The translations under genes and the position numbers were made by a program. The notes below the pieces were generated by a model. It had not been told where the DNA came from, searched no databases, and saw only the letters and a program-made list of their open reading frames with translations. A stretch of 64,000 bases of DNA from Alphaproteobacteria bacterium (GTDB taxonomy: Bacteria > Pseudomonadota > Alphaproteobacteria > UBA828): positions 1,568,001-1,632,000 of the forward strand of contig OZ243972.1 in NCBI GenBank assembly GCA_965214705.1, given 5' to 3'. Positions 51,232 to 61,866 of this stretch are shown here, piece by piece. How positions within the stretch are numbered: the stretch's first letter is position 1; every line of letters starts with the position of its first letter.

Positions 51232-52407
51232 TCACTCCGGGGCTGCACCGGGATCGGTGAGGCCCGGCAGGCGGCGCATCTCTTCGGTCCCGAGCGCAAG
51301 CCGCGCCGCCTCCATGGCGCCCCGCCGCTCGTCGAGCCGGAATCGCTCCCAGTCCAGCATGAGCGAGATGGCCTGCAGCATCGCCAGCTCGCGCAGAAGG
51401 TTATCGGCCGACATCTCCTGCAGTTCCACGAACCGGGAAGGGTCGTCGAAGCGGCGGCTCGCAAGCAGTTCCAGGAGTTCGTAGCGACTCACCGGTCCGT
51501 CCCTGCTCCACGCGCCTTCTGGCGCGACTGCATCCTCACCGCCCGCACCTGCTACGGCATCGGCCCAGGCCCGGAGACCGACGCCGGGGACGCGCAGGCT
51601 CCTTGCGTACCCGAAATAGTCCGCAGCCAGCGACGTCCGCGCGTCCGCCGCACGCGCCAGCAGCACCAGGCGGCGCTCCCGGTCGGTCTCGGCGGACGCC
51701 AGGGGCAGGGGGTCGTGCACCACCGGGGCCGCGAGGTTGCGTGAAAGCTCCACGGCGGCGTGGAGCTCCGCCTCGTCCCTGAAGGTGCGGTTGTCGAGGA
51801 GAGTCGCGGGCTTGAGGTCTGCGCCGTGCCAGGCGTCGTCGCCCCGGCACGTATCCTCGCCGGCACGGGCCGGACTGCAGTAATGGCGCGTGACGGTATC
51901 GAAGCGGGCGGCGCCGTCGGCGGCGCTGCCCGCTTCGGCCACGACCGCCCGGTCGCTGACGATGCGCCCGGTCTCGACTTCTCCCGCAGTCCTAGCCGCG
52001 TTCTCCGCCGTGCTCCGCGCCGCTTCGAGCCCCGCGAGACCCGTGACCGTCGAGCACGCGCTGCGGCTCGGCGCATGCGCGCGCATGGTTCTCGTCTCCT
52101 CGACCTCGCGCGCGGTCTGCGCCTGCAGCCGCGTCTGCGCGTCGAGGGCCTGGATCAGGGCCCGGGTGCTCTGGGCGGTGTAGCCCGAGAGCTGGCCCGT
52201 CTGGAGCCTGAGCGCCTCTATGATGGCGCGTTCCATCTCGTCGATCTCGCGGGTGATCTCGCGGATCGTCCGGCTCGCCTCGGCGCGGTCGTTGTCGGTG
52301 CGGTCGCAGCGGTGCGCCGACGCCGGGTCCGCCGGCGCCAACAGCCCGACCGCCGCCAGCATTCCAATCCCGATGCGGCGGATGATCCGCCTCATGCGAG
52401 CGGTCAT
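51232..52407 (-). CDS. Exported conjugation protein (possibly TraW/IcmX-like)
   Basis: Signal peptide, coiled coil; position between traU-like and traY-like genes. Confidence 0.55.
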   Translation of the reverse strand: MTARMRRIIRRIGIGMLAAVGLLAPADPASAHRCDRTDNDRAEASRTIREITREIDEMERAIIEALRLQTGQLSGYTAQSTRALIQALDAQTRLQAQTAREVEETRTMRAHAPSRSACSTVTGLAGLEAARSTAENAARTAGEVETGRIVSDRAVVAEAGSAADGAARFDTVTRHYCSPARAGEDTCRGDDAWHGADLKPATLLDNRTFRDEAELHAAVELSRNLAAPVVHDPLPLASAETDRERRLVLLARAADARTSLAADYFGYARSLRVPGVGLRAWADAVAGAGGEDAVAPEGAWSRDGPVSRYELLELLASRRFDDPSRFVELQEMSADNLLRELAMLQAISLMLDWERFRLDERRGAMEAARLALGTEEMRRLPGLTDPGAAPE

Positions 52408-53061
52408 CGGCGACCTCCGACGATATGCCTGAAGGGCTTATCCCTCTGGTTCCGGCTCCCCAAGATGCTGTACCGGCTGCTTCGACGAAGTCATTTGCCA
52501 TGGATCCTGTTTTCTAGCCCTTTCATAGCGTTAGCAACTGCAGGGTGGGCAAGCTGGCATTCCACATTTGGGCAAGCCGTGCTCAAAGGGATAAGCCTTA
52601 TGCCTGAATTGCTCCGCACTCCCCCCTTGCACAGTTCCCTCCATCGTTCCGACCGGATCGAGGCCGGGGAGGACAACCGTGCGGGCCGCGTAGAAGGCCT
52701 GGTCCAGGGACCGGCCGATATAGCCGCTGTATGCCTCGCGCGCCGCCGCGCAGATGCGCCGCTGCACCAGCCCCAGCAGGTCCGCCATGCCGCGCCCCGG
52801 ATCGAACAGGATGTCGAAGCGCCGGAAATCGAAGAGGTCGTCGAGGCACGAGAAATCCAGGATCGAGTCCGGGTCGCGGATGCCCTGGTCGGGATTGCGC
52901 AGGATCGCCACGTCGCGCTCGACGCCCGCACGGGCGCTCTCGGCCAGCGCCCGTTCGACTTCCGGCGCGCAATCGGCCTCGCCGCCGGCCCCGGCCGCTG
53001 CCCGTCCCGGCAGGAGGGCGAGCGCGAGCACGGCCGCGAGCAGGAGGCCGGGCCTATTCAT
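52404..53061 (-). pseudogene. Exported Cys-containing protein, 3' end disrupted by MITE
   Basis: Signal peptide; without the MITE it ends EQFRHIVGGRR* overlapping the next ATG; with it the ORF ends at 52531. Confidence 0.7.
52433..52599. mobile_element. 167-bp MITE (family A, copy 2)
   Basis: Ends agggcttatccct...agggataagcctt; 8-bp TSD atgcctga at 52425-52432 and 52600-52607. Confidence 0.88.
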
Positions 53062-53749
53062 GCCCCGAGGCGCCGTCAGCGGAGGCTGCGGCGTGTCGAG
53101 GCGCCGCTGCGGCAAGAGCGGCAACCGATTCTGCCGGGCCGTCCGCCCCGCGGCCGGGCGCAGCATCGTTGTCGGCCGGCGCCGACGATCTTGCACCGGC
53201 GTCCGCGTTGCCCCCGCCTGCATCGTCTGCAGACTCGGTCGCGCGCTCTGGGCCTCCGGCTTCGCCGCCGTCCAGCGCGGGCGAAGCAGCGGCGCTCTCC
53301 GCCACGGCATCGGCACCACCCCCGTCGTCCGCGGCGGCCGCGCCGCCGACAGCACCGGCGGCAGCCCCGCCCGGCGGGTCGCCATCTCCGCCGTTCCCAC
53401 CGGCTTTCCTCTTGGAGAGCACGTTGACCGTGCCGCCGCGCCCGGCGACCACGATCTCGATGGCCCGCCGCTCGTTCCCGGCCTTGTCCTCCCAGGAGCG
53501 CGTGGCGATGCGGCCCTCCACCAGTACCGGATCGCCCTTGCGCACGCGCGTCCTCACCACCTCCGCCGCGGCACCGTAGGCCACGATCGTGTGCCACTGC
53601 GTGGCCTCGCCCACCGTGTCGTCCTTGCGCCGGAAGCGCTCGGTGGTGGCCAGGCTGAACTGCGCCACGTCGTCGCCCGACGGCAGCTTGCGCATCTCCG
53701 GATGCTTCCCGGCGAAGCCCAGAAGCGTCGCCCTGTTCATCGTCAACAT
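53054..53749 (-). CDS. ssb: Second single-stranded DNA-binding protein, lacking the IPF tail
   Basis: NRATLLG, SLATT, TQWH, VEGRI.TRSW.D; aaaggag RBS. Confidence 0.88.
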   Translation of the reverse strand: MLTMNRATLLGFAGKHPEMRKLPSGDDVAQFSLATTERFRRKDDTVGEATQWHTIVAYGAAAEVVRTRVRKGDPVLVEGRIATRSWEDKAGNERRAIEIVVAGRGGTVNVLSKRKAGGNGGDGDPPGGAAAGAVGGAAAADDGGGADAVAESAAASPALDGGEAGGPERATESADDAGGGNADAGARSSAPADNDAAPGRGADGPAESVAALAAAAPRHAAASADGASGHE

Positions 53750-53794
53750 GGTCGTGGTCTCCTTTCGTTGCGGTTGCGGTCGATGTCGTTGCTG

Positions 53795-56787
53795 TCAGGC
53801 CGCAATGGCCGGCCCCGCCAGCGCGTCGCGTGTGAGCTCGTCCGCGAGCCTGTCCAGCAGGTCGCGCTCGGAGCCGGCGTTGCGGGCGCCGCGCAGCTCC
53901 AGCCGGCGCAGAGCCGTCTCCAGCCATTCGCGTGCGCTGCCGGCTGGGAACCGCCTGGCCAGCGCGGCCCGTGCCGCGGCCGGCGGCAGCCTCTCGTGCA
54001 GCCGCTCGCGCAGAGCCGCGTCGCGAGGACTGGTGGTCAGCGCCCAGAGCTCCACCGGCCCCGGTGCGTTCACCACCAGCTGCTCGAAACGGCCGCGAGC
54101 GTCCGCGGCGATCAGCAGGGCGGGCGCGCCGTTCGGGCTCGGTCCCGTGAGCCGATGCGACACCGCATCGACCACTGTTCCGCTGAGCTCGAACACCTTC
54201 GAGAGCGCCTCGAGCTCGCCCGCCTTTCCGCCCGCCCCCAGCACCCAGATGCGGTTGGCGAGCTCCGCAAGGGCCTCGCCGAAATCGTCGAGGCGCTGCG
54301 AGGCGAGGCAGAGGCGCACCCCGTGCTTCCGTGCCTCGCGGGCGTCGCGCTCCACCTGGGCGCGCACGGCGGGTGCCGCGCCCGTGCGGTGGAACTCGTC
54401 GAAGGCGAGGCGCTTCGGGGTCTCGCGGATCTCCCGCACCCGCTGCCGGTGCCATTCGCGATAGCGCTCCGGCACCAGGTCGACGTCCTCCTCGGCGATC
54501 CACCAGTGCCGGGTGAGCGCGTGACGGGCCAGCATGTAGAAGGCGGCGGTCTGGCGGTCGGACTCCGCCGAGCCCCTGGGCGCCACCTCGCGCAGGTCGA
54601 TGGCGGCGATGCGCGCCATGCCGGTGTCGAACGCGGTGGGCGCGAACATCGCGGGCCAGGAGCCGGCAAGCGCGGTGAGGATGCGGATGAAGGCCTGGGT
54701 GACGGTCTCGCCGCCGGCTCCATGGCGGGCGTCGCCCACCAGGCCCTGCACCGCTGGCTCGCGGACCGCTGCCAGAAAGTCGCCCGGCACCGGCACCGCG
54801 TAGCGCTGCGCACGGGTCGCGCTCACCGGATCGCCCACGTCGAACAGCGCATCGACCACCTCCCACCAGGGGACGTCCACCGGCTTGCACCCGGCCCGCT
54901 CCAGGGCCTCGTCGACCTCGGCGTCCCTGCCGGGCGCGTAGACATTGGGCTCCGCGCCCGCAATCGCGTCGGAGCGGAGCGCGTAGGCCTCGCGACGGTG
55001 GGGCCGATCAGCTCGCGCATCCCGTCGGGGACGCCGCCCGCGCCCGCAGGCGTCAGGATCAGGCCCAGCAGGTTTTCCAGGAAGGCGCGCTCCGCCGGCA
55101 GCGGCGCGCGGCAGCCGAGCTGGGTGTCGCAGGGGTTGATGGCCCGCTCGGCGCTCATGCGCAGCGGGAACCAGCCGGCCTCGGAGTGCCGTTCGGGCGG
55201 CAGCGCCTCTCGGACCAGCGAGATCAGGCCGGCGGAAGACGGGCCGATATCGATGGTGGCGGAGAGCGGCAGCTTCGACTGGCCGGCCTGGAGGAGGTGG
55301 GCCAGGGTGAGGCTGTTCATCAGCACCGACTTGCCCCGGCCGGGGATTCCGTGAATCAGTTCGAAGCCGTGGTCCTCGCCCTCCTCGCAAGACCAGGGCA
55401 GCATCTTGCCGTCGGGTGCCCGGAACACGTGGTTGACGGCCGCGCGCGCGAGCGGCGCCGGGCGGCACACGGGCAGCAGGCGGATCGTCTCCGAAAGGGG
55501 TGAGAGAGCCGGCTCGGCGGTGCCGCCGCAGCAGAAGCCGGGCACCGTTGCCGCGAAGGCTTCCAGGGGATCGCCCACCAGCGGCGAGAACACCGCCTCG
55601 CCCCAGCCCTCGGCCAGCTGCTGCAGCCGCCCGAGCCGACGCGCCAGCTCCTCCTCTCCTTCCTCGGGAGACACCCAGGTGAGCATGCCGAGGCGCAGGC
55701 GCACCACGGCCTGCGCCGCCGCGTCCTGTTCCGCCAGAGATCGCATGGCGTCACGCACGGCGCGGCTGTCCGGGTGGGAGAAGGCGAGGAAGGCGGACGA
55801 TACCCGTGCCAGCGCCGCACTCAGGCGCCGCATGCCGCCGCCTTCGATCAGGATGGAGACGCGGCACGCGAGCCCGGCCTCGGCCAGCCGCTCCATAAAC
55901 TCGGCGAAAGGACGCGCGCGCCTGGGCCCGAGGGTCATGTCGAGAGCGCCATAGAGGCGGTTACCGATGCGGACGCCGTTTCCTGCACGCACGGGGTCCC
56001 GGATCAGGATCTGAGTGCTGAGCGGCGGCGGGAAGGCGCCCGCCTCTGGCGGCTCGGTGGCCCTGGCGTGGGCGTCGTTGACGGCTGTAACCGGGCGCCA
56101 GTCCGGCGCGGTGCTGTCGGGGCCGTTGAGCAGGACCCGCATGGTCCTGAGCGCCGCGTCGTCGCCGAGCCGCTCGGCGACGATCCCCGTCTCGCCGAAC
56201 AGCCCGCCCAGAGCATCCACCAGCGCTGCGTGGCGTGGCTCGAGGCCGTCGAGAACGGCATGGGGGCACTGGGACTCGCCCGCCTCCGGCGGCCAGTCCT
56301 TAAGCTGCCGATGCAGCCGTTTGCGGCCCCTCCTGGCTTCCGCTGCCGTCAGGCACGCGGGCCGGGTCCAGCAGGCGAGGACCGCGGTTTCGGCGGCGAG
56401 CAGGGGCGCGAGGAAACGCGACCGCTCGCCGAGAACGTCGCGCAACTCGAGGCCCAGCTTCGCCGCCTGGTTCCCGGTCCGCGCGCAGATGCGCTCCACG
56501 TGCGCCCCGGCCTCGTCGGGGGCCCGCTCCAGCATCAGGTGCAGCGCGTGGCCGGTACCGGCGAGGCGGCTGTTGAGGCGCCGGCAAGCGAGTTCGACGA
56601 AGCGCTCGAGCTCTTCGACCCCCGTCATCGAGCGCGCGCCGTCGAGGCGGAAGAGCGACACCAGCGAGCCGTCCCGGCATGCGAGCAGACCTTTGCCCGC
56701 TGCGGCCTCGGGCAGCAGGAAACTCTCCAGCGGCTTGCGCCGGAGCGTCCAGCTCGCCGCCAGCACGTCTTCGAGCGCGCGATGCAT
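53795..56787 (-). pseudogene. icmB: IcmB/DotO/TraU (VirB4-like) ATPase, frameshift near 54990
   Basis: DGSL.S, GIPGRGKS Walker A, IDIGPSS.GL, INP.DTQLG.R.PL in ORF 54823-56787; DEFH, RE.RK..V, LASQ, ELWALTT in ORF ending 53795. Confidence 0.85.
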
Positions 56788-56797
56788 CGATGCGTCC

Positions 56798-57160
56798 TCA
56801 GAGCCTGGGCCGGCTAACGGTCTGGTCGGCGCCGCCCAGGCCGAAGGTGTCGCCGAGCCCGTTGATCACCGCGGGCGCAGCGATCAGCGCCACCCCGATC
56901 AGGATGGCGATGAGGCCCGAGCCCAAGGTGGTCTGCTGCGGGTGGTCCACGTGGCGCTTGAGCTTGAGCAGCCCGAACCCCGCAACGGCGGCGCCCACGA
57001 TGTAGAAGCCGATGGCCAGCAGGCCCGGCACGGTGTCGAGGTCCGTCGCGGCCTTCTCCGCCATATCTCCCAGCGACACCGCCCATGCCGGCGAGACCCG
57101 CAGCGCCGACGCCCAGAGCGCCGTGCTCCCGAGGAGCGTCAGTGCGGTCCCCTTGGTCAT
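56798..57160 (-). CDS. IcmD/DotP-like (TraR/DUF6750) small membrane protein
   Basis: Signal plus two TM segments, KLK.H.D.PQ motif; position upstream of icmB. Confidence 0.65.
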   Translation of the reverse strand: MTKGTALTLLGSTALWASALRVSPAWAVSLGDMAEKAATDLDTVPGLLAIGFYIVGAAVAGFGLLKLKRHVDHPQQTTLGSGLIAILIGVALIAAPAVINGLGDTFGLGGADQTVSRPRL

Positions 57161-57170
57161 ATTCGTCTCC

Positions 57171-57707
57171 TCACGTGATCCGCAGAACCTCGATGCCGAG
57201 GCTGGTCTGCACCGCCCCGATCAGGCTCTCCGCGTGCCAGGCGCAGACGCCGCCCAGCATGTGCATGGCGGCTCGCCCGGCGCTGGCGCCCGGCTGGCCG
57301 TCGGCGGCCGCGCGCAGCACGAACACCCCTCTCAGGAAGGCCAGCAACCCGACCCAGCCGACGATTGTGAGCACGGCACCGAGCAGGGCGTCGTAGTCGG
57401 CGGCCGCGCTCCCGTGGCCGAGGCTCGCGGAGGCCGCGGTCCCCCCTGCGCCGAACAGGCTCTCTGTCCCGGCCGAGATCCAGGAGGGGAAAGACACCAT
57501 GACTAGGCAGACCATGAAGCAGAGCGCGGTGCCGGCGGCGGAGGGGCCGTGGAAGCGGTCTTCCGAAAGCCGCAGAAGCCGCGCGCACCCCTGGAGGAAG
57601 GCCAGCAATCCCAGCAAGTAGCAGGCCACCGAGATCAGCCCCATCAGGGCGGGATCCAGGTCCCGCACCAGGGAGATCAGCGCCTCGCCGATGCCGGTGC
57701 CGTTCAT
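57171..57707 (-). CDS. IcmC/DotE/TraQ-like membrane protein
   Basis: Four TM segments; G..AF.RG...L, A..H..GG. Confidence 0.7.
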   Translation of the reverse strand: MNGTGIGEALISLVRDLDPALMGLISVACYLLGLLAFLQGCARLLRLSEDRFHGPSAAGTALCFMVCLVMVSFPSWISAGTESLFGAGGTAASASLGHGSAAADYDALLGAVLTIVGWVGLLAFLRGVFVLRAAADGQPGASAGRAAMHMLGGVCAWHAESLIGAVQTSLGIEVLRIT

Positions 57708-58819
57708 CGGTTCTCTCCCGGCGGGGCGGCGAAGTGGCGAGCCACCATCACCACCAGAGGGGTGTTGCGGGGAATGTGGATCGTGGTCTCCCTGGGTGCG
57801 TCCACCGCAAGGATGTCGCCGAGTGTTCGCGTCGCCGCCGCGGCGCCCGCGTAAAGCGCCTCCTCGGTGCCGGCCTCTGCGCGATCGTGAAACACCGTGC
57901 CATCGTCGATCGTGACGGTCCTGGCGGGCATGGCCACGGCATTGAGAAACCCCTCGGCGAACCTTGCCGCCGCAGGCAGCACGACGCGCGCGAGGAAGTG
58001 CCGTTCCACCTCGCCCTCGATGCCGTAGCAGGCGCAGTTCGGATCCACCCCCCAGGCCTCTATGGGGAACGTCTCGCCTTGCCAGGTCAGGCTGGTGAGC
58101 CGCAGCACCAGGCGCTGTCCGGCCCGCTCGAAGCCACCGTGCGCCACGGCGCCCGCGAGCGGCGGCTGCAGCAGCTCCAGCACCACGGGTCCCGGATAGT
58201 CCGAGTCCACCGCGTAGAGCGTGCGGGCATAGAAACCGTCGCCCGCGCGGACCGGCAGCAGCCGACCGGCACCGTCGCCGTGTTCCGCCAGGGGGGCGTG
58301 GTCGCCGCCGGCCCGTGCCTCCGGTTGCACGTAACGCAGCCGCGCGATCGCAGGCGTGCGCGTCCAGGTCTCCAGAAGCACGCCCACCATCTCCGCGAGA
58401 CCGTTGTCGCCGGCGCGCGGGTTCCCATGCACCGTCCTCTCGTAAGGCGTGACCGGCCGTTCCACCGGCACATCCTCTTCCCTCGACGGAGCGGCTGTGG
58501 CCGCTGCGCCGTGGTTCTCGGGCCCAGCTGCAGGCAGCACCGCGCGCGGCGCCCGGCCCGTGCCGTGGAACATCGGCATGAACGAGTGGCCTTCCTCGCG
58601 GGCATCGTGGAGGCGCTGGCGGTCGCGCTCGTCGAGCGTGTCCCGGTATGCCGGCGAGACCGGGTCCTCAGGGTCGAGCCTCACGTCCCGGTTGTCCGGC
58701 ACCTGCGGCCAGGCCGCGTCCGACAGGCCGAGCCCCAGCAGCAGGGCGAACAGGGTGGCCGCAGGAAGCCGGCGGGTGCCGGCAGCGCCGGGATTTCTGG
58801 CGGTCCGCTCAATCGTCAT
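57704..58819 (-). CDS. DotG/IcmE/TraO (VirB10-like) protein
   Basis: AGD..YA....VDSD.PGPV......PLAGA...G.F; G.V..H. Confidence 0.8.
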   Translation of the reverse strand: MTIERTARNPGAAGTRRLPAATLFALLLGLGLSDAAWPQVPDNRDVRLDPEDPVSPAYRDTLDERDRQRLHDAREEGHSFMPMFHGTGRAPRAVLPAAGPENHGAAATAAPSREEDVPVERPVTPYERTVHGNPRAGDNGLAEMVGVLLETWTRTPAIARLRYVQPEARAGGDHAPLAEHGDGAGRLLPVRAGDGFYARTLYAVDSDYPGPVVLELLQPPLAGAVAHGGFERAGQRLVLRLTSLTWQGETFPIEAWGVDPNCACYGIEGEVERHFLARVVLPAAARFAEGFLNAVAMPARTVTIDDGTVFHDRAEAGTEEALYAGAAAATRTLGDILAVDAPRETTIHIPRNTPLVVMVARHFAAPPGENR

Positions 58820-59783
58820 CGCGGGTTCCTCCGCTCTCGGTCTCCGGGAACATCGAAATCTCTTCCCGTTCGTGGAACGCGAGGCGCGTCTCACTGCCGT
58901 CACGGGTCACGATCGCGTAGGGGGTGTCCGGCAGGCGGTAAGCCCAGCGTCCGCCGGCGCCGCGCTCCGCCGCCCAGGGAGCTGGGGAAAGAAGGTGCGC
59001 GCCCGTCACCAGAAGGAGCTCGCCGTCGAGGCGCCAGGCCCGGTCGTCCCGGCCGCCGCCCTCGATCGCCAGACGCTCCGCCCCCGGCGGCCCAATGCCG
59101 CCCAGCAGGTCCAGCAGCGCCCGATCGCCGGCATGGAAGCCCGCGACCGCAGGCGCTGCGGGGGCCGCGTTCGGACCGTGAAGGCCCAGCCTCACCTCGA
59201 CCCGGAAATCCGCCGTAGCGCCGCCGCCTCGCAGGATGAGGGCCAGCGGCTCGGCCAGCCCGCGCAGCTTGACGACGGCGTTGCCGTGCAGAGCGCGCGC
59301 CTGCGGCGCCAGGTAGAGCACGTGACCCGCCTTGCCGCCGCCGTCGCTCCCGTCCGCCTCAGGCAGAACTGCCTCAGGCACAAAGCGGCCGTCCACGAGC
59401 ACTTCCTCGATCGGCCAGGGAGCGCCTGTGGCGTCGGCGAAGGTCACCGCTGTCACGTAGCCCTTGCGCACCGCGAGCGCGGGGATCGCGCCGTCCCCCG
59501 GTACGCCGATGCGCACCCGCCGGATGCGCCCCTCCGGCGGCACGTCCGCCGCCCGCGCGATCGCGTCCTGCGTCTCCCGCAGCAGGCGGCCGAGAGCCTC
59601 GATCTGGTCTGTCGTGAACGGCATCGCCGCCCGCCCCTCGCGCGCCACCGCACCGTCCGGCGCCGCATGACCGGCCCAGACCTCGCCGGCAATCGGAGCG
59701 GCGTCCTGCGCCACGGCAGTTGCCGGCACTGCGCCCGCCATCAGAACGGCCGTCAGGAGGACGAGCGCCGGGCGCGTCGTCAT
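58809..59783 (-). CDS. DotH/IcmK/TraN outer-membrane core protein
   Basis: G.VT.V.F.D.TGAPWPI, GN..V.L.GL..P, GPNA, AW. Confidence 0.85.
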   Translation of the reverse strand: MTTRPALVLLTAVLMAGAVPATAVAQDAAPIAGEVWAGHAAPDGAVAREGRAAMPFTTDQIEALGRLLRETQDAIARAADVPPEGRIRRVRIGVPGDGAIPALAVRKGYVTAVTFADATGAPWPIEEVLVDGRFVPEAVLPEADGSDGGGKAGHVLYLAPQARALHGNAVVKLRGLAEPLALILRGGGATADFRVEVRLGLHGPNAAPAAPAVAGFHAGDRALLDLLGGIGPPGAERLAIEGGGRDDRAWRLDGELLLVTGAHLLSPAPWAAERGAGGRWAYRLPDTPYAIVTRDGSETRLAFHEREEISMFPETESGGTRDDD

Positions 59784-60424
59784 TGCGAAGGCCTCCGCTT
59801 CTCTGCGAGCAACTGCTCGATGCCAATGCCCGCGGGGCGCTCTGAAAGCGGCACGCGCATCACCAGCACACGCGCGATCAGATCCTGGCTCACGCTCCGC
59901 GCCCCGGCGGCGAAGGTCACCAGAAGCGGGAACTCGATGGCCCAGCCAAGACGGTCCTGGAAGTAGCGCGTGTCCGTCACCACCGGCGCGCCTTGCGCCA
60001 CCGCCGAGGCCACCTGCAGGTTGTCGCGCAGGCGGTCCAGGAACAGGCTCTCGTTCAGGCTCGCGAGGAAGGATTCGTAGCCATCGTCCGTAAAGCTCTC
60101 GCGCACCGAGGCGAGGCGCAGCCGCCAGTCGTGGTGGCCGAGGGTGAAGGCCTCGGTCACCGCCGCGACGGTCCAGTTCCTGAGCGCCGCGTCGGACATG
60201 ATCGGCTCGTCGAGCGGCGTCAGCGGCACCAGCCTGCCGTCGGGCGTCGCGGCCACGGTGACGTAAATCGGCGCGTATAGCGCGAGGGAGACGCCGAGGG
60301 CGGCCAGCGAGAGTGTGTTGCAGAGCAGCAGCCAGCCCGCCGCCCGGCGCCAGCCATGGTGCTGGTCGCGGTGGAAGGCGAAGCGGTTCGCCGCCTGCCT
60401 GATCGCGCGCAACCGCTCACTCAT
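59780..60424 (-). CDS. DotI/IcmL/TraM (VirB8-like) protein
   Basis: TM, AT.DGR..PL.PLD.P, FT..G..SF..SL, W....P, GIGI.Q. Confidence 0.88.
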   Translation of the reverse strand: MSERLRAIRQAANRFAFHRDQHHGWRRAAGWLLLCNTLSLAALGVSLALYAPIYVTVAATPDGRLVPLTPLDEPIMSDAALRNWTVAAVTEAFTLGHHDWRLRLASVRESFTDDGYESFLASLNESLFLDRLRDNLQVASAVAQGAPVVTDTRYFQDRLGWAIEFPLLVTFAAGARSVSQDLIARVLVMRVPLSERPAGIGIEQLLAEKRRPSQ

Positions 60425-61313
60425 GGGGCAGCCCCCCGAGCCAGGCCGCGATATCGTCGATATCGCCGAGATTGTGCGCGATGCGTCCGTCGCGCGCCTG
60501 CCAGGCGATGAGCGGCACGGCGCCGACGCCCCACTCCTCGAAGAGGGCGTTGTTGCGTTCGATCCGCCGCCCTCCCTCGGACCGGGCCGCCCCGGCGGCG
60601 CCTTCGAACCAGGCCAGCGCAGGATCGGGAGACGACGCGATGGCGGCGGCCTCCCGCGCAGAGGCGGCGCCGAGCACGCCCACGGGCACGACGAGGAGCT
60701 GCAGCTTTCCGTCCAGCGCCACGTGTCCGAGCCGCGCCACGGCGGAACGCGACCAGCGGCAGGCGGGGTCGGCGAACATCGTCACCAGCGGACCGTGGCG
60801 CCCCAGTGTGAACCCGAAAGCGTCCCTTGAGCGTTCGAATAGCGCCTCCGCGTTGCGGATCCCCGGACCCTTCTCGTATGCGTGCGCCAGGCGGGTCGTG
60901 CCGCTCATCGATCCACTGGAAGCAGCGCTCCGACCTCTCGGGTATTCATCTTCTGCGTGTCGAGCAGCCCTCGGTTCCCGATCTGCGCCGAGGCCTCCTG
61001 CGGCCGCGATCTGGCGGCCGGTGAGCAGCGTCCCGTCGGGTGCATAGAGCAGCCCGGCGACGGCGTGCCCGTCGGGTGAGAGATAGAGGCCGTAGGCGTC
61101 GCCTTCCCCAACCTCCACCAAGTAGCCCTCGAGCCCGCCCTGCCGGCCGAGTTCGATAATCCGTGCACCGTTAGCCTGCAGGGCCGATACCAGCCCCGAT
61201 TCCTTGGCTTCCTCGAGGGCGGAGCGCTCGTGGCTCGCCGTCTGGGTGGTCTGCGATACTGCGGCGAGCAGGAACCCCGCCATCAGCAGGAGAGCCGTCG
61301 CCGCACCTCTCAT
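60417..61313 (-). CDS. DsbC/DsbG-like thioredoxin-fold protein (CxxS)
   Basis: Y..PDG.A..G.L, F.DP.CRWS, VPVGVL, G.VP. Confidence 0.75.
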   Translation of the reverse strand: MRGAATALLLMAGFLLAAVSQTTQTASHERSALEEAKESGLVSALQANGARIIELGRQGGLEGYLVEVGEGDAYGLYLSPDGHAVAGLLYAPDGTLLTGRQIAAAGGLGADREPRAARHAEDEYPRGRSAASSGSMSGTTRLAHAYEKGPGIRNAEALFERSRDAFGFTLGRHGPLVTMFADPACRWSRSAVARLGHVALDGKLQLLVVPVGVLGAASAREAAAIASSPDPALAWFEGAAGAARSEGGRRIERNNALFEEWGVGAVPLIAWQARDGRIAHNLGDIDDIAAWLGGLPHE

Positions 61314-61858
61314 TGCCCGTGCTCCTGGGTGCGCGCCCGGTGCAGCACAGCGAAGGTGCGACGATCCGTCCTGAGCTCGCCCACCGGCGGGTGCGGCAGG
61401 TAGGAGAGGGCGTGAAACAGCGCCTCCGAGGCTTCCTCGAACGAGCCTTGGAACAGCCGCGCCTCGTGCAGCCGGTAGCGCCGATCCGTAAGGAAGAGAA
61501 CCTCGATGCCTCTACGCGCGCCCCAGCGGCCCAAGACCTCGCGCAGCGTCTCGTCCGCCCGGACGTGCCAGTGTCCGGCGTCGTGGACCGCTGGCTGCGC
61601 CGCGCGGTCCCGCGCATCCACCGATCTCCCGCCTGCGACGGTCACCGGCACCTGCAATGGAGGGGCGATTGCGCTGCTTGCCCGGTTGCCGATGCCGTCC
61701 TCGACCGAACGGACACCGGCTCGCCCCGCCCCGGTGCCGATATCGGAACCGCTCTCGAGCGTTGCGTCCCCGGCCGGTTGGTCCGGCGGCACGTACACGA
61801 ATTCTGCGCGTGCGGCGGTCGACATGCACATGATGACCAATGCCATCGCGCCAGCCAT
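61310..61858 (-). CDS. TcpQ/PilL-like domain protein (start uncertain)
   Basis: Signal-like N-terminus; W......TLR..L..W....G.......Y......F.GSF.EA. Confidence 0.7.
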   Translation of the reverse strand: MAGAMALVIMCMSTAARAEFVYVPPDQPAGDATLESGSDIGTGAGRAGVRSVEDGIGNRASSAIAPPLQVPVTVAGGRSVDARDRAAQPAVHDAGHWHVRADETLREVLGRWGARRGIEVLFLTDRRYRLHEARLFQGSFEEASEALFHALSYLPHPPVGELRTDRRTFAVLHRARTQEHGQ

Positions 61859-61866
61859 CGAGACGG

